NCBI GenBank assembly: GCA_006226565.1
Contig: SBGO01000356.1
Location: 748-64,747 of the forward strand
Length of the DNA: 64,000 bases
Source: Deltaproteobacteria bacterium
Lineage (GTDB): Bacteria > Myxococcota_A > UBA9042 > PHBI01
Direction of reading: 5' to 3'
The notes beneath the pieces were generated by a model. The model was not told the DNA's origin and searched no databases. It saw only the letters and a list, made by a program, of their open reading frames with translations. The translations under genes and the position numbers were made by a program. Positions 18,683-27,050 of this stretch are shown here, piece after piece (the first letter of the stretch is position 1; each line of letters starts with the position of its first letter).

Positions 18683-19494
18683 CGGTCGGTCTCCTTGCGT
18701 TTCGCGCTGAGATTGATCGCGGCGATTGGGCTGTGCTGCGACGGCTTCCGTGGATTGTCGTTCTTGGGAATGGAGACGTAGCGCGCTGGGTCTTTCGTGA
18801 CGTGTTGGGTCGCCCCCCTGAACGTCAGCTCCGGGTAGCCTTCGTCACGTCCATCGATAGCAAGACGCTGGATTCGCGCCAGGACATACCCGAACGCCTC
18901 GCGGGTGAGTTTGATCTTTGGAAATCCCGTGCCCGTGCCCAACTCCCGGCGTGCATCTTTTCCATAGATGCAGAACAGCCGCACCAGATTGACCGGGTGC
19001 TCCGTGGGCTCCGAGTATACTGCGTTCAGCCAATCGAGCCCGGCCGTGAGTCCCTTTGCTGCGTCCTGGACAAGCAGGAGAGCGTTCTCGATTCCCCTAA
19101 TAATCTCGAGCGCCGCTTCCGCCAGCTCTTCGGCACGCGTCGCTTCGATCTTCGCGACCGAGATGGTATCCAAGACCGTCAGATTCCATCGGCTCTCCCG
19201 CTCTTCATGCATCTCAACGCAGCCGAATGTTATCCGTGGCGGCCTGTACTCGAAGAAGCACTGTTCCCGCTCGGCGATCTGGCGCAGGTTCTTTCCTAGG
19301 TCCCGCCGCAGGTCCTCGGCCCGCTGCGAAGCGTCCGAGATCCAGCCATTCACGACTCCATCTGGAATGCCGAGAGCTTCTTGGACCCTGCGCGCGGCGC
19401 CCTCGAATCCAGAGACGTCACCCCGCTCCTTGAGAGCTTCCAAGGCAGACGCAACTTCATCGGTCTTGCGCGAGAAATCGACGGAAACGCGCAT
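18679..19494 (-). CDS. Hypothetical protein leading the ATPase/ATPase/helicase operon
   Basis: ATGA overlap with the next gene; G-rich RBS before ATG 19494; no recognised domain. Confidence 0.7.
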   Translation of the reverse strand: MRVSVDFSRKTDEVASALEALKERGDVSGFEGAARRVQEALGIPDGVVNGWISDASQRAEDLRRDLGKNLRQIAEREQCFFEYRPPRITFGCVEMHEERESRWNLTVLDTISVAKIEATRAEELAEAALEIIRGIENALLLVQDAAKGLTAGLDWLNAVYSEPTEHPVNLVRLFCIYGKDARRELGTGTGFPKIKLTREAFGYVLARIQRLAIDGRDEGYPELTFRGATQHVTKDPARYVSIPKNDNPRKPSQHSPIAAINLSAKRKETDR

Positions 19495-20035
19495 CTTCGG
19501 ACCTAGCCCCCCTCGGCCTTTGGTGCTCAATCTGATCCTCGTTGTACTCTGGTTCTGTCGGGTTCCGTCCGTGAAGGCGGTACCCTCGCGGACGTTGGCA
19601 TCTTGGTGCTGACGCGCTCGGCGCTCGCAGCTGCGAGGCGACCACGAGACGCGCTCGCGTGTCAACGACCCGGAGTCTCCGAAATGTTACCAACAAGCGG
19701 ATGGCTGGTCGCTTTCGACCTCCAATCTGGTCGGATCGGGACCAGGCCAGCGGGAGCGAGTGTTGGGGCTGCATCCAGCGGGACCCGACGTTCTCGGACC
19801 AAGGGGGTCACGGTGCTGGCTGCAGCGACCTAGAGCCAAGCATCGCGATCGCGGAGCGAAGACGTTGAACCGTGGCGGGGGTGTCGGAGCGTCAGTACGT
19901 CGGAGACTCGGATTATGGGAACGACATCGAAGCCGTGCGGGAATGAGTTCCGCGAGCGTGCCGTGCTACGCTGATTGAAGACTCGGCTCCGCAAGCTCCA
20001 TGCCGACACAGCTGCCAGTAGCTGTCCTGGCTCGG

Positions 20036-20806
20036 TCATGACATTGCCGACACGGCCTTCAGCGTGACGGCGAGCTCGTACTCGAGCAACATGACATCGG
20101 CGACCTGAGACACCGCGTAGCGGATCCGGTCCGTGATGTGACCGGCGACGATGACTCCCCGGACCGGCTTGCCAACGGCCAGATGGTGGACGACCCAGCC
20201 CTTGTAGCGAAGCACCTGGCCGACGACCGCGTCCGGCCCCTTGCTGACCTTCAGCTCGATCACAACCAGCCCCTCGTTCGCGTCCTGGGCCAGGATGTCG
20301 ATGCGACCAACGGGCGTGGTGTACTCGACTCCGGCGTTCCCGTCTTCGTCGGCGTATAGGGACAGCCCCGGCTCGATGAGCTCCAAGTGGTCCGCTAGGT
20401 AGTCTCGGAGGTGGGCCTCAGCCGCAAAGATGCCCGACTCCGAAGGCACCGGCTCGGGCGCGTCAATGCGCCGGACCAGGTTGCGGCCATCTTCTTGCTC
20501 GACGATCTCCCAATCGCCGTGCTTCGCGGAATCGAAGAGCTCGAGTTCGCCCCGGGTCGGCCGGAACAGGAAGTCGTACTGGAGGTTCGCCTTCCGGGGC
20601 TTCTTGTTCTCCGGGTAGTGGACCCGCGAAGCGTGGTTCACCGTGCAAACGATGATCTGACAGGAGATGGTGTTCCGGTTGGTATCCGGCCAGCGCTCGA
20701 GGATCCAGTTTCGTACGGCGACGTTTGTCGTGGACGGTCCCAACTCGTCCACGGCGCGGCGGATCATCTGCCAGACGTAGGGGCGGTCTTCCGCGTTGGC
20801 GGTCAT
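20036..20806 (-). CDS. NucS/EndoMS-like PD-(D/E)XK endonuclease with N-terminal wHTH-like domain
   Basis: EAHLRDYL, GVEY.TPVGRIDILA, VVIELK, VGQVLRY. Confidence 0.85.
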   Translation of the reverse strand: MTANAEDRPYVWQMIRRAVDELGPSTTNVAVRNWILERWPDTNRNTISCQIIVCTVNHASRVHYPENKKPRKANLQYDFLFRPTRGELELFDSAKHGDWEIVEQEDGRNLVRRIDAPEPVPSESGIFAAEAHLRDYLADHLELIEPGLSLYADEDGNAGVEYTTPVGRIDILAQDANEGLVVIELKVSKGPDAVVGQVLRYKGWVVHHLAVGKPVRGVIVAGHITDRIRYAVSQVADVMLLEYELAVTLKAVSAMS

Positions 20807-20871
20807 AGGGAACTCTCCTGGGAACTCGTCGCCTCACCGGGATAGGCATCTCATCCTTCGCAAGGAGATGG

Positions 20872-21321
20872 TCAGTCGTCCTTCCATGCGAGGCGCTTCG
20901 GCTCCTCCTCGCCCCTCATCACGCGAACGAGGAAGTCGTAGTCGTCCTCCGTGACCTCGATGATGCCGCCCTTGCAGTAGATGTAGTTCGACGGTGTCGT
21001 CTTCATTTCGCTCGGGAAGCACGACAGCGACCACAGAGTGTCGGCCACCGGGCGGGCGAAGCCGGACTCGGTGAAGGCCACATTGCAGCGGTGCTCATAG
21101 ACCTTGCCGCCCGAGAAGATGGGCGTGTCGTCCACGAAGGTCTCGCCAGCAACCGTGCCGATGCCGTCGAGCTGCTGCACCCGCGAGAGGTACGCGAGGA
21201 ACGGGTCGCCGACGGAGAGCTCCTTCAAGAGCTTTCGGGCGCCTGTGCGGACGCCGATGGTGCGGTGCGCCTTCACGTCCCCGTACGTCTCGGGGCGGAA
21301 CATCATCAGCCAGTATTTCAT
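20872..21321 (-). CDS. EVE (PUA-like) domain protein
   Basis: MKYWL...PE, LKELSVGD..LAY, GIGTV, YEHR pattern; GGAGG RBS. Confidence 0.75.
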   Translation of the reverse strand: MKYWLMMFRPETYGDVKAHRTIGVRTGARKLLKELSVGDPFLAYLSRVQQLDGIGTVAGETFVDDTPIFSGGKVYEHRCNVAFTESGFARPVADTLWSLSCFPSEMKTTPSNYIYCKGGIIEVTEDDYDFLVRVMRGEEEPKRLAWKDD

Positions 21322-21443
21322 GTCGTCCCTCCGTCGAATTGGCGCCTCAGCAACGCCATGCACAGTGAGTCAGCCTAGACGGCGTTGTGCTTCGCCTCTG
21401 GAGCTGCAGGATGCCGGGTCCCGAGTCTCTCGCCGTACGCACA

Positions 21444-22187
21444 TCAGAGACCGCCTCGTTCAAGTTCTACGAAGTCGGTGTCCAGGCCCTGTCGATGCAC
21501 TCGGAACTGCGACATGCCGCGGATGTGGCTTGAGTTCACGTCGACCTCAAAGGGGAACATGGCAGGATGCCCGGTCAGCTGGTCAATGGGGACCGACGCA
21601 TCCTCGGCGTCCACGAGAAGCGCCTCGAGGAGCAGGGTGCCGACTGCTGGCCCGACCTTCCTTCGCCATGGCGCAGCCTCATACATCCCGCGAATGGCCG
21701 TGTCCCGGAGGACGCCCCACTGGACCATCGAGCGGACGATCCGCTGCCCGGCACGTACAAGTGTCGAGCGGCCACCCCACGCGCCAACGAGGCGCCGCGT
21801 CAGGTGCGCGAGTGTGAAGCTTCCTTGGAGGGTCAGGAGACGCCCGATCGCTGCGGCGGCGTCCGTGAACACCGGGTAGGTACCGACCATCATCGCCCAA
21901 TGGATGGCGATGCGCGCGTCCGGCTCGCTCCCCGCGAGCTGAGCTATCGCCCTCACACGGAGCGGCGCTGCCGGTTCGGGGACTTCACCCCAGATGTGAT
22001 TCAAGACGGTGACCGTCTTGCCTCGAGCACTGTTGGACTTGTCTCCGCTCACGACGCCGTCGAGCAGATTCCAGAGGTAGGCGCGCATGTCGTCGTTCGG
22101 TGCGCCCGCAGCGGCTTGAGCTGCGGCAGCATCAAGCCAATCGAGATCGATTCGTCGATCGAAGCCGATGTTCGCCCGTCGGTTCAT
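21444..22187 (-). CDS. brxA: BREX type 3 BrxA-like protein
   Basis: IGFDRRIDLDWLD, ARGKTVTVL..IW, HWAM...YP.F; last gene of the type-3 order, overlapping pglZ. Confidence 0.75.
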   Translation of the reverse strand: MNRRANIGFDRRIDLDWLDAAAAQAAAGAPNDDMRAYLWNLLDGVVSGDKSNSARGKTVTVLNHIWGEVPEPAAPLRVRAIAQLAGSEPDARIAIHWAMMVGTYPVFTDAAAAIGRLLTLQGSFTLAHLTRRLVGAWGGRSTLVRAGQRIVRSMVQWGVLRDTAIRGMYEAAPWRRKVGPAVGTLLLEALLVDAEDASVPIDQLTGHPAMFPFEVDVNSSHIRGMSQFRVHRQGLDTDFVELERGGL

Positions 22188-24214
22188 CGGGACTCCGTGA
22201 TGCGCACAAACGGGACCATGACCTCTTCTAGCGCGATGCCGCCGTGGCTCACAGATTCCTTGCCCTCCGGCATGAAGCAGGCACCGTACGGCGCGATCAG
22301 CGGGAAGTAGTCATGAGGAAGGCCGATCTGCGGCCACTCGACAGCGTCGGGGTACATGGGCGCGGTGTTGTCGCGGAAGTGCTTGTCGCGGAAGATGTGC
22401 GCGCGCTCACCGCGCTGCTGCGCTGTGGCTCCGACATCGGGCTTCCCGAAGCCTCGTCCGAAAACGTTGCCGTGGTCCGCCGTGATGAACACAGCAAACC
22501 CGCGTTGAATCAGTCCATCCACAAGGCCGGCGAGCTGCCCGGTTCGAGCCCACACTTCCACGAGACCGTGCAGCCCAGGCGTCCCAAGCCCGACTTGGTG
22601 CATGTTCTGGTCGATGAGGCCAATCACCGCGCCGATGACGCGGACAGCGTAGTCGTCGGCAGCGCGCAAGATGTCCGCCTCGATGGGCTCGAACGACTCC
22701 TTCTTCCCCTGAGGCTTCAGATACTGGATGGCCCGCTCCGGTAGACCTCGGTCCTGCCAGAAGTTGAACCAGTGCTGAAGCTCTCGGTGCGTGCCCTCGA
22801 TACTGGTTGCGAACTCCATGGGAACGCGTCCAGAGAAGATAGCTTGACGACCGATCTGCGTCAGAGTCGGGATCCAACTGAAGATCGCGTGCTCGTCGAC
22901 GTGGTGGCGTTCGAGAGTAGGCCGCAGGATGCGCCACTGGTCGATCGCCATTCCGTCGATGACGAGGAGCGCCACACGCTCTGTGCCGGCCTGTCCGAGG
23001 TGGTGCGCGAGGTAGTGCGGCACCTGATGTCCGAGCACCGGATGCGGTAGGTAGGGAAGCGTGGACATCGGCCCGAAGCGCCGCAGGAGCCATGTGGAGA
23101 ACGCCGCCTGCACACGGTCGACAAACGCGACCGCGTCTGCTTCGCTCTGGGGATCTCGGTCCGGGAAGGTCTGCCATCGCAGGCGCACCCAGGTGCCCCA
23201 TCGAAGGCTATAGTCCTGCCAATCCTGGTGCGTCGCGCAGTCGGCGTCAGGGAGCGTCGAGTCGAGCTCGCCGAGCAGGTGGATGAACCGGCCGTCGGCG
23301 CTCGACGCGGGTGACCCCGCAATGCCGACACCAAACCAGCGGTCGTCGTCGATCGGGCGTACGGCGGCCGTTGGTTCGAGCAGCCCCTCGACGAAGAGGT
23401 TGTCCATGTAGACGCGAACGTCGTCGTGGTCGAACGGCAGATTCATGGGCCCCGAGATGCTCGGGCCCGCCGGCTCGCGTCCAACCTCCACCTCCAAACC
23501 CTGGCCTTGGAGGAAGCGCGGCCACCGCTCACCCAAGAACGCCAGGAACGCCTCGCGATCCGGCACGATCCGTTCGAGTGGCCACGACCGCCACTTCTCG
23601 TCTCGAGTGAGAATCTCGATGAAGCGCGCGTCGAGGCCATCTGGAAGGGTCTGCGATCGATAGTGGCGACGAAGCAGAACACGAAGAAGGTCAGCCGGTT
23701 GCTTGATCAGCTCGGGAGCAATCTCGAAGACATGGCGCAGTATGAAGTCTCGGGTGCTATTGGTTCCGAGGTTGTCAGGGTCGGCCTTGTCTAGCGCGCG
23801 GGCGAGCGCATCGAAATGCTGCGGGTCCAGCTCCGCTACAGCGTTGGGTGCCAGCGCCGGGAAGATGTGAACGAGGCTGAACGACAATACGCGTCCGTTC
23901 TCCTGAGCCTCTTCGAGCAGGTCGTGCGGGATATGCTTCGGATCACCATGGTCAGTGCGAATCACCACGACAAGGTGCGTGGCTTCACCTCGGTCCCAGT
24001 GCTGCCGGAAGCGGCTCTCGTAGGCGTAGCGGAAGGCGATCGGGTCCCCGAAGGTGATGAGCTCGAACCCGCGGGCAGCCAAGCGCTCGACAACGCCGGG
24101 CTCAGTGAGTAGCTCATCGGGGTCGCTCACCACAGTGAGCCTGCCAGCCTTGGCGCTGGCCTCGCTGAAGTGCTGCAGGATTGGACCGCGCCAGCCGTCG
24201 CGTCGCTGCGTCAC
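22184..24214 (-). CDS. pglZ: BREX-3 phosphatase PglZ
   Basis: DPDELL, FRYAYES, LLVIDGM, WIPTLT..RQAIFSG, ITADHG, SHGG. Confidence 0.92.
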   Translation of the reverse strand: MTQRRDGWRGPILQHFSEASAKAGRLTVVSDPDELLTEPGVVERLAARGFELITFGDPIAFRYAYESRFRQHWDRGEATHLVVVIRTDHGDPKHIPHDLLEEAQENGRVLSFSLVHIFPALAPNAVAELDPQHFDALARALDKADPDNLGTNSTRDFILRHVFEIAPELIKQPADLLRVLLRRHYRSQTLPDGLDARFIEILTRDEKWRSWPLERIVPDREAFLAFLGERWPRFLQGQGLEVEVGREPAGPSISGPMNLPFDHDDVRVYMDNLFVEGLLEPTAAVRPIDDDRWFGVGIAGSPASSADGRFIHLLGELDSTLPDADCATHQDWQDYSLRWGTWVRLRWQTFPDRDPQSEADAVAFVDRVQAAFSTWLLRRFGPMSTLPYLPHPVLGHQVPHYLAHHLGQAGTERVALLVIDGMAIDQWRILRPTLERHHVDEHAIFSWIPTLTQIGRQAIFSGRVPMEFATSIEGTHRELQHWFNFWQDRGLPERAIQYLKPQGKKESFEPIEADILRAADDYAVRVIGAVIGLIDQNMHQVGLGTPGLHGLVEVWARTGQLAGLVDGLIQRGFAVFITADHGNVFGRGFGKPDVGATAQQRGERAHIFRDKHFRDNTAPMYPDAVEWPQIGLPHDYFPLIAPYGACFMPEGKESVSHGGIALEEVMVPFVRITESR

Positions 24215-27042
24215 GCCGCACCTCCGGTTCGTGCGACCGCGACGAGGAGCATGGGGCTCAGCTCGGGAAGGCCGTGTTCACGGGCCTCGCGGTCGCGCCG
24301 CCAGGCGGCCTCTTCGTCTGCGAGTTGTGCCAGCCGGTGATTGCGGACCTGCGGCAGCCCGAGTCGCTCGATCGCGCGCCGCCGAGCGGAGAAGGCGACG
24401 TTCATCTTCCGCGATTCTTTCGCCAGGCGCTCGCGGTGCCGCTGCAGAAGCTCGTGGAATGCAGCCTTCCCGTGCTGCTCCGCAGCAGTTCGGGACTGCT
24501 CGAACGCCTGCTCCGCTGCTCCGTCCGTCGTCGCAGCCGTTGGCAGCACCTCGATCCCTTCGACTAGCTCGACCAAGCGGTCCCACACCACGCGCGCCGT
24601 GGGGCCGAGCGTCTGTCCTTCCGGCGTGACGAAGATCGGTAGAACGCGCTGCTCCCGGCCGTCGAAAGTCGAGAGAGACACGCGCCACAAGGACCAGAAG
24701 CCGGCGACCTTGTCCGATACACCAGGGATCACGAGCTGCGCGACTCGCATTCCGGGCGCATACGGCGGAACCCGCGTGGTGAGGCCACGAACGCGCGGAT
24801 CCTCGATGGTGAGGAGCGTCTTGCTGGGATCAGCGGATGCCGAACGACTGAACGACGCTCCGGCAGTCCTCCCCCCGTCGGGCCACGAGATGTCGTAGAC
24901 TCCTGGCGAGTCGCTTCTGATGGAGGCTCCACGGGCGGCCTGCGAGCGCAACCACGCGAGGGTCATCCGTTCGGTCCAGAACGGCATCCGGTGCCCAGCG
25001 ACCTTCTTGGCTGCCGATGGGTCCAGCTCCTCGGTGGCGGCCAGCACCGACGAGCCTTCGCGAGCCGATCGTGCTCGCGCTCGAATGGACTCGGCCAGCG
25101 CTTCCGCTCGCGCCTCGGCTTCCTCGGGCGAAAGCACTGCACCGAAATAGAGCTGCTCGAAGTCGACACCACCCTCCTCGGAGTCCAGCACGTCGGAGAG
25201 CTTGTCTACCCCGAACTCCTCGAGGATGCGCTGGAGCTTCTCCTCGAGAACCTCACGCACCCGCAGCTCGACCGTGTCCTCAAGGGCGAAGTTGAGCGCC
25301 CGTACGATGTGCTTCTGCCCGATGCGGTCGACGCGCCCGATTCGCTGCTCCAGCTTCATCGGATTCCACGGTAGGTCGTAGTTCACGATGACGTGGCAGA
25401 ACTGTAGGTTGAGGCCCTCGCCGCCGGCGTCGGTCGAGATGAGCACCTGCGCGTCTCCGGCGAAGGCGTGCTGCACCGACTTGCGAGCCTCGAGGTCCAT
25501 CGAGCCGTTGAGGCAAGCCACTGTGTAGCCACGTTGCTCCAGAAACTCGGCGAGCATCGCCTGCGTCGGAACGAACTCCGTGAAAACGAGCACCTTGAGC
25601 GACGGGTCGTTTTCTTCGCGTTGCAGCTTCTGTATCCACGCGAGAAGCGTCTCGGCCTTGCCGTCTGGAGCCCGCGCCTCGCATCGCCGGGCGGCTGAGA
25701 GGAGGAGCTCGACCTCGGCGCGTTCACTCTTCAACCCCTTCAGCCTGCTCTGAAGGAGCGATTCCATCTGCTCTTGCCCGTCGAGCTCGACCCAGTCGTC
25801 GCCCACCTCCTCGCCGAAGAGCGAGAGCTGCCCGGATGGAAGCTCGAGCACCTCGAGCCGCCGCTCGAGCGCCGTTCGAATCGCGGCCGTGCTCGATGTC
25901 ACCAACCGCTGCATCAGGATCATCAAGAACCCGATCGCGTTACGTTTCTCGCGCACCGCCTGGTTGTAGCCTTCGCGCACATACTCTGTGACGGCATCGT
26001 ACAGCGCCCGCTGCTCATGGCGCGATGCGTCCCACTCCACCGAGACGATCTGGGTGAAGCGGGGCAGGAAGAGGGGCTTGCCGTCAGCGTCGATGGCGCG
26101 CCGCTTCTCGGTCCGGATGACATACGGCGCTACGTTCTCGCGGGTGACTGACTCGTCGTCGGGAAGCGCATCTGCGTCGAGGAACGCCACCAGCCGACGG
26201 AATGCGTCGGTCTTGCCTTGGTGCGGAGTCGCTGAGAGCAGGAGCAAGTACGGCGCTGCCTGGGCGAGCGCGTCACCGAGCCGATAGCGGGCGACCTGCT
26301 CCGTGCTGCCCCCAAGCCGATGGGCCTCGTCGATGATCACCAGGTCCCAGCCGGCGGACACAACGTCTTCGAAGCGCTCGCGGTTGTAACGAGCTGTCTG
26401 CTCTCGCGACCAACCGCGGCGGGCATCCATCGGTTTGATCGAATCGAGCGGACAGACGACCTGATCGTGCAGTCGCCAGAGGTTCTCCTTCTCGTCGACA
26501 CCAGACAGCTGCCGCCAAGCCTGGAAGTTGCCAGGCTGCACGAGCCGGAAATCCTCGCTGAAGTGGGTCTCCATCTCGCTGACCCACTGGCTCGTGAGTC
26601 CCGCAGGCGCCACGACGAGGATACGGCGTGCCAAGCCTCGAACCTTGAGCTCCCGCAGGATGAGACCCGCCTCGATCGTCTTGCCGAGGCCGACCTCGTC
26701 GGCGAGCAGGTACCGGACGCGATCTCCCGACATCGCCCGCTGGAGCGCGTAGAGCTGGTGCGGAAGTGGGATGACCGAACCTTCGAGCGGCGCCACCAGT
26801 GCGTCATGCTCGAGTGCGTCGAGGATACGCGCAGCCGCGGCAACGTAGCTGAGCTGATTCAGCGATGGCGGATCCGCATCCGCGAGCGGCTTGATGCGAC
26901 TTCGGTGCAAGCGCACGACGGAATCGCGTCGGGCGAGCCACACGTGCGCCGTCTCCGTACCCCACACGGAGTCCACCGTGATGACGCGGCACGGCTCGTC
27001 GTGGTCGATGCTGAAGCACCAGTCGCCCCCAGCCACGCCCAT
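24211..27042 (-). CDS. brxHII: BREX-3 SNF2-family helicase BrxHII
   Basis: PLPHQ, LLADEVGLGKT, IIDEAH, LSATP, STDAGGEGLNLQ, EQRIGRVDRIGQ. Confidence 0.9.
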   Translation of the reverse strand: MGVAGGDWCFSIDHDEPCRVITVDSVWGTETAHVWLARRDSVVRLHRSRIKPLADADPPSLNQLSYVAAAARILDALEHDALVAPLEGSVIPLPHQLYALQRAMSGDRVRYLLADEVGLGKTIEAGLILRELKVRGLARRILVVAPAGLTSQWVSEMETHFSEDFRLVQPGNFQAWRQLSGVDEKENLWRLHDQVVCPLDSIKPMDARRGWSREQTARYNRERFEDVVSAGWDLVIIDEAHRLGGSTEQVARYRLGDALAQAAPYLLLLSATPHQGKTDAFRRLVAFLDADALPDDESVTRENVAPYVIRTEKRRAIDADGKPLFLPRFTQIVSVEWDASRHEQRALYDAVTEYVREGYNQAVREKRNAIGFLMILMQRLVTSSTAAIRTALERRLEVLELPSGQLSLFGEEVGDDWVELDGQEQMESLLQSRLKGLKSERAEVELLLSAARRCEARAPDGKAETLLAWIQKLQREENDPSLKVLVFTEFVPTQAMLAEFLEQRGYTVACLNGSMDLEARKSVQHAFAGDAQVLISTDAGGEGLNLQFCHVIVNYDLPWNPMKLEQRIGRVDRIGQKHIVRALNFALEDTVELRVREVLEEKLQRILEEFGVDKLSDVLDSEEGGVDFEQLYFGAVLSPEEAEARAEALAESIRARARSAREGSSVLAATEELDPSAAKKVAGHRMPFWTERMTLAWLRSQAARGASIRSDSPGVYDISWPDGGRTAGASFSRSASADPSKTLLTIEDPRVRGLTTRVPPYAPGMRVAQLVIPGVSDKVAGFWSLWRVSLSTFDGREQRVLPIFVTPEGQTLGPTARVVWDRLVELVEGIEVLPTAATTDGAAEQAFEQSRTAAEQHGKAAFHELLQRHRERLAKESRKMNVAFSARRRAIERLGLPQVRNHRLAQLADEEAAWRRDREAREHGLPELSPMLLVAVARTGGAA

Positions 27043-27050
27043 CGTTCACC

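Noticed and set aside
19495..20035. Short ORFs or ncRNA in the gap between the NucS-like gene and the ATPase operon
   Set aside because: No convincing RBS, motif or structure seen; probably promoter or decayed sequence.
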